NCBI RefSeq assembly: GCF_006345805.1
Contig: NC_043013.1
Span: forward strand, 48,360,001 to 48,424,000
Length of the DNA stretch: 64,000 nt
Reading direction: 5' to 3'
DNA from: Octopus sinensis
Taxonomy: Eukaryota
Below, in pieces: positions 42,287 to 56,247 of this stretch (positions are counted from its first letter, which is position 1; each line of letters begins with the position of its first letter). The position numbers were made by a program, and so were the translations under genes. The notes under the pieces were generated by a model that worked only from the letters and a program-made list of their open reading frames with translations, had not been told where the DNA came from and searched no databases.

Positions 42287-42386
42287 CTATAAAAACACAC
42301 ACACAATATCAATCAATTACTAACAGATATAAAAGCAAATATAGCAAACTCGATTTTCAAGTGAAACAACTAAAAATTATTCTTAC

Positions 42387-42490
42387 CGTCTGTTTGAAGC
42401 CTACAGCAGTATGTTGAGGGGCTTTCCTAATTGCTTGATTCAGTTTTTTGTGAGCATCAGTGTATTCTAGTTGGGCTGCTTTGATACGTC
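42387..42490 (-). CDS. PSMD3: PSMD3 internal exon D (104 nt, phase 1-0)
   Basis: (G)[34 protein letters not shown]; tag acceptor and gtaag donor. Confidence 0.95.
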
Positions 42491-43069
42491 CTAAACAAAG
42501 TCATAACATCAATATGAAAACAAATGCTTATTGTAATAAGGCAATAATTTATTTTTAATTGAATTTTTATAAGGATGTAATTTTACTATGAGGAGGAATT
42601 AAGAATGATATACTAATGTAACTGGAAACATCAAGTGTATAAACAAAACCAGCAGAATGTACACAGGAAGAGGGTAAGAACTGGTTAGGAACAAAACAGT
42701 AAACTCATAGTGCACTGCTTTATGTTTAGTCTCAAAGTTATTTCGTATAAACTAAAATTTTCTATTCAAAATTGATCCTCAGAGCCTGCAGAATTTGAAC
42801 TGACAATGCAGAATAAGGAAAATAAATACTGATTGTTTTCTTTTGTCCAGTCCCATATATTTGGTAGGGAGCTATTCAGTAAGCATTTGTTGAATTCTGT
42901 TACCCTGTTTCAAATGTCTAAATTCTTTGCTTTCTTTCAAAATACTTTCTTTTATTGGAATCATTGATTGAAGAAAATTGTTGAATCTTGTTTCTTTAAC
43001 CTATAGTTATTGATATAATTATAGCATCAATTTTGAATAGAAAGTTTTAGACCAACAGATATGGGGGAA

Positions 43070-43220
43070 TTACATAGACCCCAGTGTCCAACTGGTACTT
43101 ATTTTATCGATCCTGAAAGTATGAAAGACAAAGCTGACCACAGTGGAATTTGAACACAGAACATAAGATCGGACAAAATGCCACAAAGCATTTTGTCTGA
43201 CATGCTAACGATTCTGCCAC
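43070..43220 (-). mobile_element. SINE family 2, partial
   Basis: ACTGGTACTTATTTTATCGA...CTAACGATTCTGCC. Confidence 0.75.
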
Positions 43221-43275
43221 GAACAACAATAATAATAATAAAAAAAACATGATATAAATGATTTCATGTACTCAC

Positions 43276-43469
43276 CTAAATAATAGAGGAATCGAGCCAG
43301 TTCATTATTTGAAGCAGCTCCATCAGGAAATGCAGATTTTGATACAAGTTTATCAGCTTGCTCTATCAAGTTGTAATGCAAATAATTTCTCAGTAAAAGG
43401 TTCAACAACACCGCTTGGCCTTCAAAATCAGATCGCAAAGTAGCTGTACGTAGCCGAGCATGAAGGAAA
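43276..43469 (-). CDS. PSMD3: PSMD3 internal exon C (194 nt, phase 2-1)
   Basis: [64 protein letters not shown]; tag acceptor and gtgag donor; phase matches exon B. Confidence 0.96.
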
Positions 43470-44182
43470 CTAAAACAAGAAAAATCAATATTATGGAGAT
43501 GTACTTGCATAGCAAGTGACTTGATCTGAGATCGTGTGCTGGAACGAAAACAATTGCAGTGTGGAAGGTGTTTATAAGCCATTTAAGAAACACACAAAAC
43601 CGTTAGATTCACTTCAACATTTAAATTTAGCACAAAGTTTTGGTCGCAGTCTCAAAGCGACGAAAATATTTTGACAAATTAAATTCAATATTATGAAATT
43701 CATGAAAAACAATAAAATAACTATTAAAAATTCTTATTCAAAATAACTGAGTATTCCTTTAAGCTCTAAACGTTACATTTCCCAGCAAATCTTCTGATGA
43801 AGGGTTAAGTGGACGCAAATGACTAGTTATCAACTTTTTTAAGTGCTAAGTCTTACAAATTTACTATTTCCTAAACCCAACAAACCTACAGATTCCCAAA
43901 TAATCAATTATAAATACTAACTTAAAGCTCATATCAGTCAGTAACTTCAAACAGTATGCCCCTGAAGTACCTAGTATTTTCTTAATTAAATTTTCCCTTT
44001 CTCTTGTTCCCACTGGCAAGTAAACTTACACATGTAAAAAAAATGTATGTAAGAAAAATTAGCTAACATTCATACTTTTCAGAAAGTTGTCTGCAAAGTG
44101 ATTCTGCTTAGGAGTAAAAATTAAGTCAGAGATTCTACTGATTATGAATTTGAAGACAATTGCCAGTAGCATGTAAGCGAAC

Positions 44183-44462
44183 TATCCAAACGTGGCCGTT
44201 GCCAGAGCCGCCCTGATGGGCCTCCGTGCCGGTGGCACGTAAAAAGCACCATCCGATCGTGGCCGTTTGCCAGCCTCGTCTGGCACGTAAAAAGCACCCG
44301 CTACACTCACAGAGTGGTTGGAGTTAGGAAGGGCATCCAGCCGTAGAAACATTGCCAGATCAAACTGGGCCTGGTGCAGCCTTCTGGCTTCCCAGACCCC
44401 AGTTGAACCGTCCAACCCATGCTAGCATGGAAAGCGGATGCTAAATGATGATGATGATGATA
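44183..44462 (+). mobile_element. RTE LINE 3'-end fragment
   Basis: Ends in (TGA)n; family match within the window. Confidence 0.85.
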
Positions 44463-44819
44463 ATGAATTAACACTGAACTTATCTTACTCTTCTCCTCTC
44501 AGTAGCCTGGATTTCAGAAAGTCGGACCAATTATCAACCCACTTTATTATTTGGAAAAACTATAAAATGTGGTACACAAGATGCTGACTGCTGCTCAAGG
44601 TCCACTAATAGTGCACATAGCTTTTACAGTCTCGTATCATTTGGTCAAACAAACTGCCCAACTCCTTGTTGCTCAATGAACATGTTAGATAACACCAGCT
44701 CTGTACACCATTATCTCAAATCAATTAGAAAGTATTAACCTGAGCCAACATAGTTATTCAAATTTGCTAAAAATATCAGCTAAACCCAACAAACCATTCA
44801 TATAACATACTCTACAATA

Positions 44820-45050
44820 TTAACCCTTTAGTGTTTGCATTATTCTGCCAAAACTAATGCTTTTTTTTATCCACACTGTTTTGAACTAATCATGCATTAT
44901 CTTGTAGTTATGAGATTTTGATGAGGTAGCTGTTAATTTTTAAGACGATATTGTAGGGTTGGTGTGAGAGACCAGATCTGGCCAGTTTGAACATAAAACA
45001 GGCAGAATACTTTTGGCCGGATATGACCGGTTTAAATACTAAAGGGTTAA
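44820..45050. mobile_element. piggyBac-type MITE family A, reverse orientation
   Basis: TTAA TSD; reverse complement of 21047-21274. Confidence 0.9.
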
Positions 45051-45436
45051 AAAAAAGAAGACACCAAGTAATGTAGTCTTAAAAACAACAATATACTTGC
45101 CAAAATAAGACAGAGAGGATGGTCATGTTTGGAATATATTTGGTCACAGGTATGCTCAATACAAGCTGGTGTATGGGTAACAATAACTGTTATGCTGACA
45201 ACACAACCATCAAGTTCTACATCAGTAAACCAAAATAACCATCTAATTCTTCTATATTTCAAGAAAACCCATCTTCCTTGAGTGTAAGAACATTGCTTTT
45301 GGATTATCAATTCTTGTTTTGAATCAAAGCCATTCTGCTTATTTAACAGTATAGCCTTCCAGAAAACTGGAAGTAGACATTGCTACTACTTGCATAAACT
45401 CTCAAGGTACTTGAAATTCTGAACATAGATAAGACC

Positions 45437-45668
45437 TTAACCCTCTTGTTACTATATTTTTGTTAGAATAAACTGCCTCCCATTCAACTAATTTTTAAAA
45501 TCATGAAGAATTTAGTAAAAGAAGTTTGTCGTTATTAAGCTGGTATCTGGAATATAAATTAATGTGGAAAGTTCTGAAGGGTGGGTTTAATTTAAATCAC
45601 TTGAAAACAAGGTTTGTATCATAGGAGTTGAGGGCAGTCTGAGGCAGGTTGCTATCAAAAAGGGTTAA
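45437..45668. mobile_element. piggyBac-type MITE family B
   Basis: TTAACCCTCTTGTTAC...ATCAAAAAGGGTTAA. Confidence 0.8.
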
Positions 45669-47321
45669 ATGCTGATTTTTTTTTCTCTTCTTTTTTAGAA
45701 TACAAACAAATAGTCTTCCTAGCTCCACCAGTTTTAATTTGAAATGAAGTGATTAATGTACAAATAAATATCAAATATTAAATCACAAATCTATAAAATT
45801 GTTAACAGAATTACTGAGTTGGTCCTATTTAATAATTTAAAGTATCCAACTGTAATCATCATCATCATCATCATTTGCATTTATCATCCACCTCCCATAC
45901 TGGCATGGGTTGGATGGTTTGACAGGAACTAGCAAGCCAGAAGACTGAACAAACCTAACTGTCTGTCTTGCCACGGTTTCTATGGCCAGATGCCCTTCCT
46001 AACACCAACCACTTTACATTGTGTACTGTGTGCTTTTTTCCTTTTTGTGGCATCACCATCGGCAAAGTCACCGAGTAACTTGCAAGGCAAGACCCCGCTC
46101 AACTAAACTGTGAGTAGTACTGAGGAGTGGGTTGGCATTGTGCCAGGTGATGAGAGGTCAAGAGTGTAATCTAGAGACAGAAACAGATGTCCTGCAGTAC
46201 AGAAAATACATGGCTACTCAACAAAGGTAAATCATAACTGGTAGTGACAGAGGCAAGTCTTGACTGCAACACACGAACTCATATAAAGAATCTTGCAAAC
46301 CAAATCCAAAAACGAAATTCATTCACATTGTTTTTCATTAATCATGCTTTATCTTGTAGCTTGGTGATTTTGATGCCGTGATTGTTTATTTTTTTTTAAT
46401 GACATTGTAGAGCAGGTGTGAAAGACTAGCTCTAGCCATTTTAAGCACAAAACAGGTAGAATATTTTAGTCGGCTATGGTCAGTTTAAATGCCAAAGGGT
46501 TAAACTATTCAAACCAGCTTTTACTAGCAGAAAAGTTCTTTTCATTAGAAGTTTCACCTTCTTTTTTCTGCAAACCAGCAATCAAACTTTTGACTGCTTT
46601 TTTTTTTCTTGAATTGCCATCATGCTTATTGGCACGTTATGTCAAGTATGGTCCTTGATCCCTATACTCAAGAGCCATTCCATTTTAAGCATGCCATTAG
46701 ATTTTATGATTAAATAAGGTTTGAGTAGTTAATGAAGTATCTTCTTGAGCAATTGACTAATTTTTGTGTTTTGTTCTCACAGCAGAAGTTGCAAGTTTTA
46801 ATGTTTTGGTAACGTAGCTGATTGCTTTTGTCCTGCATCAAATCTTTTTAAAACACCATCTTTAATATCTAATTTAATCTCACTATGGTTATTTTTCTCA
46901 CTACTGGCTTCAGATCCAACCCATGCTAGCATGGAAAGCGGACGTTAAACGATGATGATGCCTGCTAACACTTTATTTTTCAAGAAAACTGATCACCACG
47001 ATTTAAAGCTTCCAAACATAGGGAAAAATTAACACGATGGATGAAGCAAATGATCAAGAAATCTTTGGCAGAAAAATCTACACAAGTTCAACCAATATAG
47101 AAGAAACAACACAGATGCCAAATATTTACAAAGCTTGAAAAAGAGACAGTGAAGGTCTGGAGACAACGTCAAATATGGATTTAGGAGCTGTATTGTTCCA
47201 AACCAATTATAAAAACTAATAATAAGAAACATCTAAAATAGAGATAAAACTTGAACATAGTTGTGTATTTAATGTAACAGGCATAAAACAAAAGCTGTTC
47301 TACAAATATATGATGTATATA

Positions 47322-47900
47322 CTGGGTTGGCCAAAAAGTTTGGTTTAGTGGTTCATTCAATCAATGATGTAATTATCACTTCATGCCAGTATCTTCTGCC
47401 ATCTAGAGAGCAAAAAGTTCATTATTCACTGCTCAAAAAAAATGTCTTGTATTTAATGGTAAAAAATCTTCCAAGTGAATTTTTACATCCTCTTCAGAAC
47501 TATTCAATGAATTTTGAAAAAACTGAAAGATGTGGAAATCTGAAGGCACAAGGTCAGATGAGTATGGAGGGTGTAGCAAAATTTCCCAACCAAACCCCAG
47601 TAACTTTTTCCACATCTACAAAGAATTTTGCCATCTGACATTGTCATGATGAAAGGAAACACCCTTATGATTAGCAAATGTTGGACATTTCTGGTAGATT
47701 ACTGCATTTAATTTATCCAGCTGGTAACAGTACATATCTGAATTGATGGTCCTGTCAATGGGAAGAAGCTCATAAAATCTTACCAATTGAAAACATAACC
47801 TTCTTCAAGTGAAGTTCTTCTTTGAAGGTTATTTGTGATCATTTGCCACACTTTTCCCACGATCATGTGCTTCATATTGCTTATAGACATTTTACAGCCC
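47322..47900 (-). pseudogene. mariner transposase remnant with one TIR
   Basis: GWEILLHPPYSSDLVPSDFHIF resembles the mariner HPPYSPDLAPSD motif; TA-CTGGGTTGGCCAAAAAGTT terminus. Confidence 0.8.
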
Positions 47901-47990
47901 ATGGCAACATGGAGAGCAAATATGAGAATTAGATTTCATAATACAAGAAATATGTTTTTACATGAGATAGAGTTGAGAAAATGTACTTAC

Positions 47991-48127
47991 GTGCGAATTT
48001 TGTCTAGTTGATCTGTTAACTCATAGACCCTGGAGTAATAGAAATAACATTTCGCTGCTAACATATCGAGAGAGCGGCGATTTTGAGAGGTGATCTTGGT
48101 CATTAACAAATCAACACATTTTACACC
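47991..48127 (-). CDS. PSMD3: PSMD3 internal exon B (137 nt, phase 0-2)
   Basis: Manual translation GVKCVDLLMTKITSQNRRSLDMLAAKCYFYYSRVYELTDQLDKIR; tag acceptor and gtaag donor; absent from the ORF track. Confidence 0.95.
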
Positions 48128-48566
48128 CTAGGAAAGAAAACAAAACTTGGAATGAAATTCAGATGTCTGAGAACCAAATATTTCTTTTTATTTCAAGAAA
48201 TTTACATACATTTTAACTATAAAAAAAAATCTTAAATTTGCAACCTTGTACATATTTACCAACCAAAGTTTTTAAAACTGAATGATATTCTTTAACTTCA
48301 AGTAGAACAGAATCTCACCATCTAATAAAATTGGAAGATAATCATTCACTTTATCTCTTAGTTGTTCTATTGCAATGACCAGTTAAATTTTTTTGCTAAA
48401 TTTAGTAGTTTAAAAATTGCATCTATTAAAATGAAAAATTTTCTGCTTTGAATTACTTTTAAAGATAAAGTAACTTCTCTAACACAAATTTTAAATTATC
48501 TTCTCCAACTAAAATATTTCAATGCAAAACCAGCTCTTGTTTATTTGCCTAGCAAAGAAAGGATCT

Positions 48567-48794
48567 TTAACCCTTTAGTGTTTAAACCAGCTGTATCCGG
48601 CCCAAATATTCTACCCATTTTATGCTCAAACTGGCCAGAACATGCATCTCACACCTACCCTGCAATGTCATTCTAAAGATAAGCAATTACATCTTTCAAA
48701 TCTTGAAGGTACAAAATAAAATCAGATAAATTTTTTTAAATGTGAATAAATAAGGATTACTTTTGACAAATTAATCTGAACGCTAAAGGGTTAA
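48567..48794. mobile_element. piggyBac-type MITE family A, 22 nt from the exon A donor
   Basis: TTAA TSD and CCCTTTAG TIR. Confidence 0.9.
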
Positions 48795-48816
48795 CACATA
48801 CATACACAAACCTTAC

Positions 48817-48957
48817 CTCATTATATTTCTTCACATCAATGAGATGTATAACCACCAGTAAATGGAGATAAACCTCAATTTCCAGCAGAAGTGGGGCATT
48901 AGCTGTTTTCCCTGTACGAGGGCGGAATTGTGCCAAATTAGTGTTTGTTTCCATTGG
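48817..48957 (-). CDS. PSMD3: PSMD3/Rpn3 internal exon A (141 nt, phase 0-0)
   Basis: Translates as [47 protein letters not shown], matching human [16 protein letters not shown]...; cag acceptor at 48958-60 and gtaag donor at 48812-16. Confidence 0.95.
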
Positions 48958-50281
48958 CTGTAAAAGAAATATTTTAGGCAAAATATTACACAATGAAATC
49001 AACTAGAATCATGGAATCATATAAAGAAATTGAAATTGAAATAAAGTACTTGGTTCCATTTCCATATCCAGCCAAAATATTCTACCTGTTTTATGTTCAA
49101 ACTTGCCAGATCTGGTCCCTCACACCTATCCTACAATATCATTCTAGAATTTAATAGCTACCTCATAAAAATCTCAAAGCTATCAGACAATACATGATTA
49201 ATTCAAAACAATGATAATAAATAAATAATACATTAGACAGAATAATCTGAAGAAAATTTTACTGTATTTAACAGCTGGAGATGATTTATCAATTTCACAA
49301 CAAAGTGACCGAAATCTGATTGCCAACAGAGTGAGTTATCACTAAAACTGTGACAAAATAGCATTCAATATTTGTTAGACTGGCCTTCATACTTGCTAAC
49401 AGAAATGGCAAAATAACATTATAATCAAGTGTTAATATCTTTTTTTAATTTGAGCTTTTTAAAATATGAACCCAGATCCAAAGAGAAGTCATTCCAGTAA
49501 AGAATTGTCATCCCAAGTCCACAGCAAATATAATTTACATAGTCAGGATGACAAACCTGTTCCTTTGTGTTATCCAGCTTTATTGAGAAAGTTTAAAGAA
49601 AAAGCATGATTAATGTATACCGTATTCCAAAATTAACTGAAGCTACAACAACTATACACACTAGCGGCATCTGTGAAAATTTCAGTTATTTTTCTAGAAT
49701 ATTAAGATAGATGGAAGATTATAGAGAACCGTAAAATATATAATTTCTTCTGAAATTATAGTTTTTCAAATGCACTTGATTCTTGTGATGGTGTAAAGTT
49801 CACATAGGTAGTATTGATAGTGTAGTTGTAGGAGAAAACTATATTCATGATTAAACACTTGAGAAATATTAACCATTATTTTTATCTTTTCATCAAGAAG
49901 TGAACACGTTCTAGGAAGAGCTACATGCAATTGTCCATGAGAAAATACTGATCCACTTTGCTTTGCTTTCCCATTGTTTTCAAAATTATTGAGAATGTGC
50001 TGAAGGAATAAATGTATGTAGCAAACATTTTAAACAATCTTAACTCTGGAATGAAATCAAAGACATTATCTATAATAGTATTCTGCTAAGGTATGGCTAT
50101 GTTCAAAGCACTTTCACAAGTCTCAATATGCTGAATATGGGTCCATGGAAATCCTACAGCTGTTAACAACTAAAACAATCACATTTATTTATATATTCAC
50201 ACAATTTTGTTCAAGTGATTTATTACCTGTAGGTAGAAAGATGAGTATAAAGATTATTTTTTTAAATACATATTTTATATA

Positions 50282-50685
50282 CTCTTTTACTCGTTTCAGT
50301 CATTTGACTGTGGCCATGCTGGAGCACCGCCTTTAATCGAGCAACTCAACCCCGGGACTTATTCTTTTGTAAGCCCAGTACTTATTCTATCGGTCTCTTT
50401 TGCTGAACCGCTAAGTGACAGGGACATAAACACACCAGCATCGGTTGTCAAGTAATGCTAGGGGACAAACACACACACGCATATATATATATATAATATA
50501 TATATAGATGTTTCTACTGCTGGATGCATATACGACGGGCTTCTTTCAGTTTCCGTTTACCAAATCCACTCACAAGGCTTTGGTCGGCCCGAGGCTATAG
50601 TAGAAGACACTTGCCCAAGGTGCCACGCAGTGGGACTGAACCCGGAACCATGTAGTTGGTAGACAAGCTACTTACCACACAGCCA
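50282..50685 (-). mobile_element. SINE family 1
   Basis: Family match within the window. Confidence 0.9.
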
Positions 50686-50939
50686 TGTAACTTTATATAA
50701 AGAATATGATTAACAAAATGAATAAATCGATGAAAGAAACAAATCAATAAAATTCAGTAATTAATAACATCACTATTGTACCAGTATAATTATTACATCA
50801 CTGTATCATTTCAAACATTAAACCATAAATTATCATTACTGTAAATTTATACAGAATAACTCCCAAATGACTTCCGGGGGATGAGACATACAGGGGTTGG
50901 ACAAAATAATGGAAACACCTAGCATCATAGCATCACAAG

Positions 50940-51950
50940 ATGTCAAAGATGCAAATACAGTTCACTTCTACAGGAGAAATTGCTGGAAACATTATTCCAA
51001 GATACACCTGAAGTGACTCAATGAATGATTTTTTTCAATGATTACTCAACCAAACAAAAGAACAACTGTTTTGATTTTCAGTCACCACAAACTTGAAAAG
51101 AACCAAAGATCAGAAAGCAAGGCCTTGATCTCTTCCTTATTTTCAATGATTTTATTGAGGCACCTGACAACATTCATTATGAGGGCATTTGAAAAGTTTT
51201 CTCTAGCATTAGATGTCTTGTTTTGTTGAGATCACCAGATCCTTTCACAATGGGGTGCAATATTGAAAATAGAACCATAGCTGAATCTTTCACTGTGACA
51301 AATGGTGTCAAGCAAGGCTATGCCATAGCTCCAAAGTTATTCAGCATTTGCTTCTCAACTATGCTTGATACAACTTTCAGAAGAACACAAATTTGTTGCA
51401 AGTAAAATTTTTAACATTTTCAACCTCGAATGACATCATGCTAAAACAAAAATATCAGAAATGTTTGTGTGAGCAGCTCTTTGCTACTGACAGTGCCTTT
51501 GTTACCCATACTCTTGAAGATATTCAAAGAATCTCAAACTGCTTTTCAGTTAATGCAAAGAACTTTGATCTCATAGTCATCATAAAGACTGGACCTCGGG
51601 TACAAAACCAGACCTAGACTTAAATGCTTCCCAAGTAATCCGGAAATCACAATCAATGGAAATATACCAGAAGTGGTGGAGGATTTTACCGATATGGATA
51701 GCACGGTGTCCAGTAAACCAACTATGGATCTCAATAATTCCTCTAGATTTGGCAAAGTAAGTGTTCATTTTGGCAGGCTGACAAATTCAGACATTTCACT
51801 GTATACAAAGATTCAAACACATAAAGTAGTGGTAGTAACTACCCTATTGAATGTTGCAGAATTATGGACCCTGTAGGCAGCTAAAACAATTAGATAGTTT
51901 CCTCAAAATATGTAAGATCATGGTAGGACATGATGCCCAATACAGAACTC
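50940..51950 (+). pseudogene. Decayed RTE/BovB-like reverse transcriptase
   Basis: ESFTVTNGVKQGYAIAPKLFS and QLFATDSAFVTH (degenerate LFADD) peptides, with frameshifts. Confidence 0.8.
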
Positions 51951-53334
51951 TTTTCCTACATGGAAAAACAGTTTAATGCAAAATAATCACATTTCCAAAG
52001 CAGTCTTTCGCTAAAGGTGAGTGTTATGTTGGGTCATCACTAAAACAGAATCTGGAGGTGTATCATAGGAGCAAAGCTGGTTCCCTACCCAGATTTAGTG
52101 GCTGAACATAGTGTTCTCTGTATTAAATGCACAGAGGAGAGGAAGAAGGAAGAAAAAGAGACATACAACAAATGGAGCATAAAATAAACATAAATTAATC
52201 TTTAAAATATTTCAGTTTTACTCAATTATACTCTACAGAGCATAATAGCGAATAATATAATTTAGCCCTCACAGAAAGTAACCAAATTGCTTACTATAGC
52301 TGAAGCATGAATTATTAAGAAAGCATATATACTTCAAATAGTCAGTTTATAAGAGAAATCTAAATGTTTCAGAATAATAAAGTTGAAAGAATTTTTCATA
52401 CTTGAAGGCAATTAGTAATTATCTAAAAATACTTCTTTAAAAGTAAAATTAAATGAAAATTATCAGAAAATTTCCATGAAATTAATTCAGCAAAAGCAAA
52501 GCTACTATAAACATCAATATTATTTGTTTCATTGTAGTGAGAAATAAGAAAACAAATAGGAATTAATTAATTAAATCAAAAGTGAAATTTCTTGAAGGAA
52601 CAAGCTATGCCATAGTCATCATCATACACAGAATATCAGCAGAGGAAGATGTCAATTAAAGTCGAAGAACATAAAGCAGTAAAATATATGCCTAATTCCG
52701 GAATTAAAGTTACTAGGAAACCATAATTTTATCACTTTGAGACAAACCAGATGTCACATTTCATTATACATTAAATTTATTAGAACATAAAGCACCAAAT
52801 GTTTTTATTTCAAACAAGCCAAACAACTTGAAAGAAACTATGGGAAAATGTTATTTCAAAGAAATTTACATGTTTAAGCATTAAAGAAAACTTTTTTGTT
52901 CAAACTTTGAAACTGCAATTAAACTTGATCAAATATATTAGTTAGATATGAGTGTAGTACATACACACACACATAGAAATAAATACATACATATAAACAT
53001 AAATGTGCACATACATATATACACATATGAATATATACATAATACACATAATACACATATTCTTTTATTTCTATTTGGTGCTTTCAGTCAATGGACTGCA
53101 GCCATGCTGGAGCAACACCTATTTTTACTTTTGTTTATTTATTTATTTATAACTTTTTTTTTTTCAATTTTGAAGTTTTATGACTAGAAGTTGGTCTATA
53201 ATTGAGTTAATAGCAGCCAATCTTCCATCAGTGTAACTGATCAAAGTCCCTTTTATGTTTCTGGTTTCTTCAAGTAGGAAGTTGAACACCTGAGGGCCTC
53301 TAAATACCAGCTTGTTGCGGTATACTCTCTTTAC

Positions 53335-53720
53335 TTTTTTACTTCTTTCAGTCATTTGACTGCGGCCATGCTGGAGCACCACCTTTAATCGAGCAACTCA
53401 ACCCTGGGACTTATTCTTTGAAAGCCCAGTACTTATTCTATCGGTCTCTTTTGCCGAACCGCTAGGTGACAGGGACATAAACACACCAGCATCGTTTGTC
53501 AAGCAATGCTAGGGGAACAAACACAGACACACACACATATATATATATATACATATATACGACGGGCTTCTTTCAGTTTCCGTCTACCAAATCCACTCAG
53601 AGGGCTTTGGTCGGCCCGAGGCTATAGTAGAAGACACTTGTCAAGGTGCCACACAGTGGGACTGAACCCGGAACCATGTGGTTGGTAAACAAGCTACTTA
53701 CCACACAGCCACTCCTGCGC
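53335..53720 (-). mobile_element. SINE family 1
   Basis: Family match within the window. Confidence 0.9.
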
Positions 53721-54394
53721 CTTGTGTCCTTGCTCATGATTTTGAAGGCGGTATATGTAGAAACTGACAGTGTCTATTAGCTCTTGCATAAAAGTTTTCG
53801 TTAAAGCCAAATTTGGAATACGACTGCTCAGGACTATCCATATATGACCAACATACTTCTCTCTACATAACTCAAAGGAGCAGAGATGTTTCCAGTAATT
53901 AAGTCCTTTAGCCAAAGTTATTTTATGAGTAAACATTCTCTGTAACCCTTCTATAAGACCAGATATGTTTGGAGACCAAAGCGTGAACTCTACTCAACTC
54001 TACTCAAGACTAAGTTAGCTATAGCATCAGAATAACTATTGATTCTCTTGTTATGAAGGTTCTAAGGACCCATCTTATGAGATGACTGCATTTAAAGGTC
54101 AAGTCAGTGATGTGTCTGATGAAAGATGCATCATATGACATTACTCATAAGTCCAGTATTTTATTAGAGCTTTGAATTGTGTTATCTGGTGTCAAATAAT
54201 TTGTATTATGCATATTGGTAATACCATAATAAAGAAGTTGAAATTTTCATGCACTGAATTTTATATTTGCATTTCCCCATCAATAGAAGAGAATTAGCTC
54301 ATTCTGGAACCAGACAAGATTTTCTGCAGTTTGGGTAACCATTGATACTTTTGTTGTTAGTATAACTCATTAAAGTGGCTGAGAATATGAGAGT

Positions 54395-54778
54395 TTATTA
54401 CCTCCGCCAAGGAAGGAGGTTATGTTTTCATCTGTGTTGGTTTGTCCGTCTGTCTGTCTGTGTGCAAAATAACTCAAAAAGTTGTGAACAGTATTTGATG
54501 AAACTGGCAGGAAAAGTTGGTAATGACACAAGGAACAGATGATGAAATTTTGGTAGTGATCCGGGAATTTTTATGGATTCTTGAAGGATTTTTCATTTGT
54601 AATATCTACTCTACATGAAGTATTACGTTACGTTCTTTGATTATCTCCCTTCAAAACACGTTCATTGTTTCCACATAACCTATGGTGGCGTTACTATTTC
54701 CAAAGTTTATTTTCGTTTCTCTATTAGTAATTTTACTCGCCTATCTATCCTAAAATGAGCTGTTTGGCAGAGGTCTAC
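54395..54778 (+). mobile_element. Helentron/DINE-like non-autonomous element
   Basis: TTATTACCTCCGCCAA...(GTCT)n...TTGGCAGAGGT subterminal inverted repeats; a short relative lies at 55417-55547. Confidence 0.65.
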
Positions 54779-55717
54779 GGAGGATGACATGACAAGCCTT
54801 GACTATTGGGATCGACTCAAAAATCTCAGGCTTTGCTTCCTCCACTACCGCTGTGAGCTCTATATCTTCTGTATGATGTGGAAAATATTCCATCAACATT
54901 GCCCATCTTTAAAATTTGTCTGAGGTAGAGACTGATGTCTTAACATTTCTGATGGTCTTAAGTATAAAAAAAAATGATTAAAGATTTATATAGAACTACA
55001 TTCAGTGTATGTCTAAAAGCTATTGTGTTTGGACCTGGTTTCTATCCTCAAACTGTTCCATTTTGTAGAGGCAATTTTTTTTTTTTTTTTTTTTAATAAA
55101 GCACTCCAAAATTAGAACAAGCAAAAATCTGCCACAATCTCGGTCCCATGAGTATCGGATAATGAATTTTCAACAGTGTAAAGAAACTGATTATGGTGAA
55201 AGCAGAGACAGTGTTGATGATGACGATGGTGGAGATAAGTATGGAAGGAGGATAAAATAGTATTGGTGGTTATAATGGCGACAGGAGCGACATGATGTGT
55301 GATGCTGAGGTGATGGTGGTAATATAGTGGTGTTGATGATAGTGTTAGTTGTGTGATGGTGGTGTTGTAGTGGTTATACTGGTTGTGGTGGTGAAAGTGA
55401 CTGTGTTATTTTTTTTTTTACCCCTGCCAAGAAAGTTATGCTTTTGCCGGCTTTGGTTTGGGAAATTGGGCAATTTTCAGCATGCGTGTATATGGGTGGA
55501 AATGAGCTGCTTGGTGGAGGTCTGTGCTCTCCGAGTGCTTTTCTAGTATCAGACAGGGTGACAATAAATAACAGTGGTCCTGGAACTGTACCTTGAAGCA
55601 CAGCACTTATTACAGGTGACTTGGCAGAGAGGAGACTGTTTGTAGCAACAGATTCATTTCTGTCCTCTAAAAAGACAAAGAGCCATACTCTCAGTTTTCC
55701 TATGATATCAAAATCCC

Positions 55718-55943
55718 TTAACCCTTTAGCATTTAAACTGGCCATATCCAGCCAGAAGTATTCTGCCTGTTTTATGTTCAAACTGGCCAGATCTGGTCTC
55801 TCACACCAGCCCTACAATATCGTTTTAAAAATTAACAGCTACCACATTAAAATCTCATAGCTACAAGATGTGTGATTAGTTCAAAACAATGTGGATAAAA
55901 AAGCATTAATTTTGGCAGAATAATGCAAACACTAAAGGGTTAA
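55718..55943. mobile_element. piggyBac-type MITE family A inserted in a CR1-like RT remnant
   Basis: TTAA TSD; flanking minus-strand peptide SAVLQGTVPGPLLFI. Confidence 0.85.
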
Positions 55944-56209
55944 ACTACAACAGATAATTCCATGATCAATCTAGCCAAAGACTTCAGCAAAATCAAAACA
56001 AATACAGTCAGTGTCCATTTCTTTCGGGAGATTATTAAGGCTAGTTATATGGTCTTGTAGCAGTTGTGTCAGGCAGCTTTGTCTGATCCAAAAACTATGA
56101 TATGTGTCATCCAAAGTCGTTTTCATCCAGACTGTTGATTATTCTTTTTTTCAGACAATGCATTTAGCTCCTACACGCATTTTTTTCTCTCCTTGTTTTT
56201 TTCTGTGTA

Positions 56210-56247
56210 TCTTTCTGTCGAAGAGCGTAGGCTCGAAAGGTAAAAGA
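56210..56247 (+). ncRNA. Degenerate minimal type I hammerhead (Penelope-type)
   Basis: TCTTT-CTGTCGA-A-GAGC gtag GCTC-GAAA-GGTA-AAAGA; the core deviates from CTGANGA and stem III is mismatched. Confidence 0.5.

Noticed and set aside
43794-43830. CTGATGAAGGG as a hammerhead core
   Set aside because: No closing stem II or downstream GAAA.
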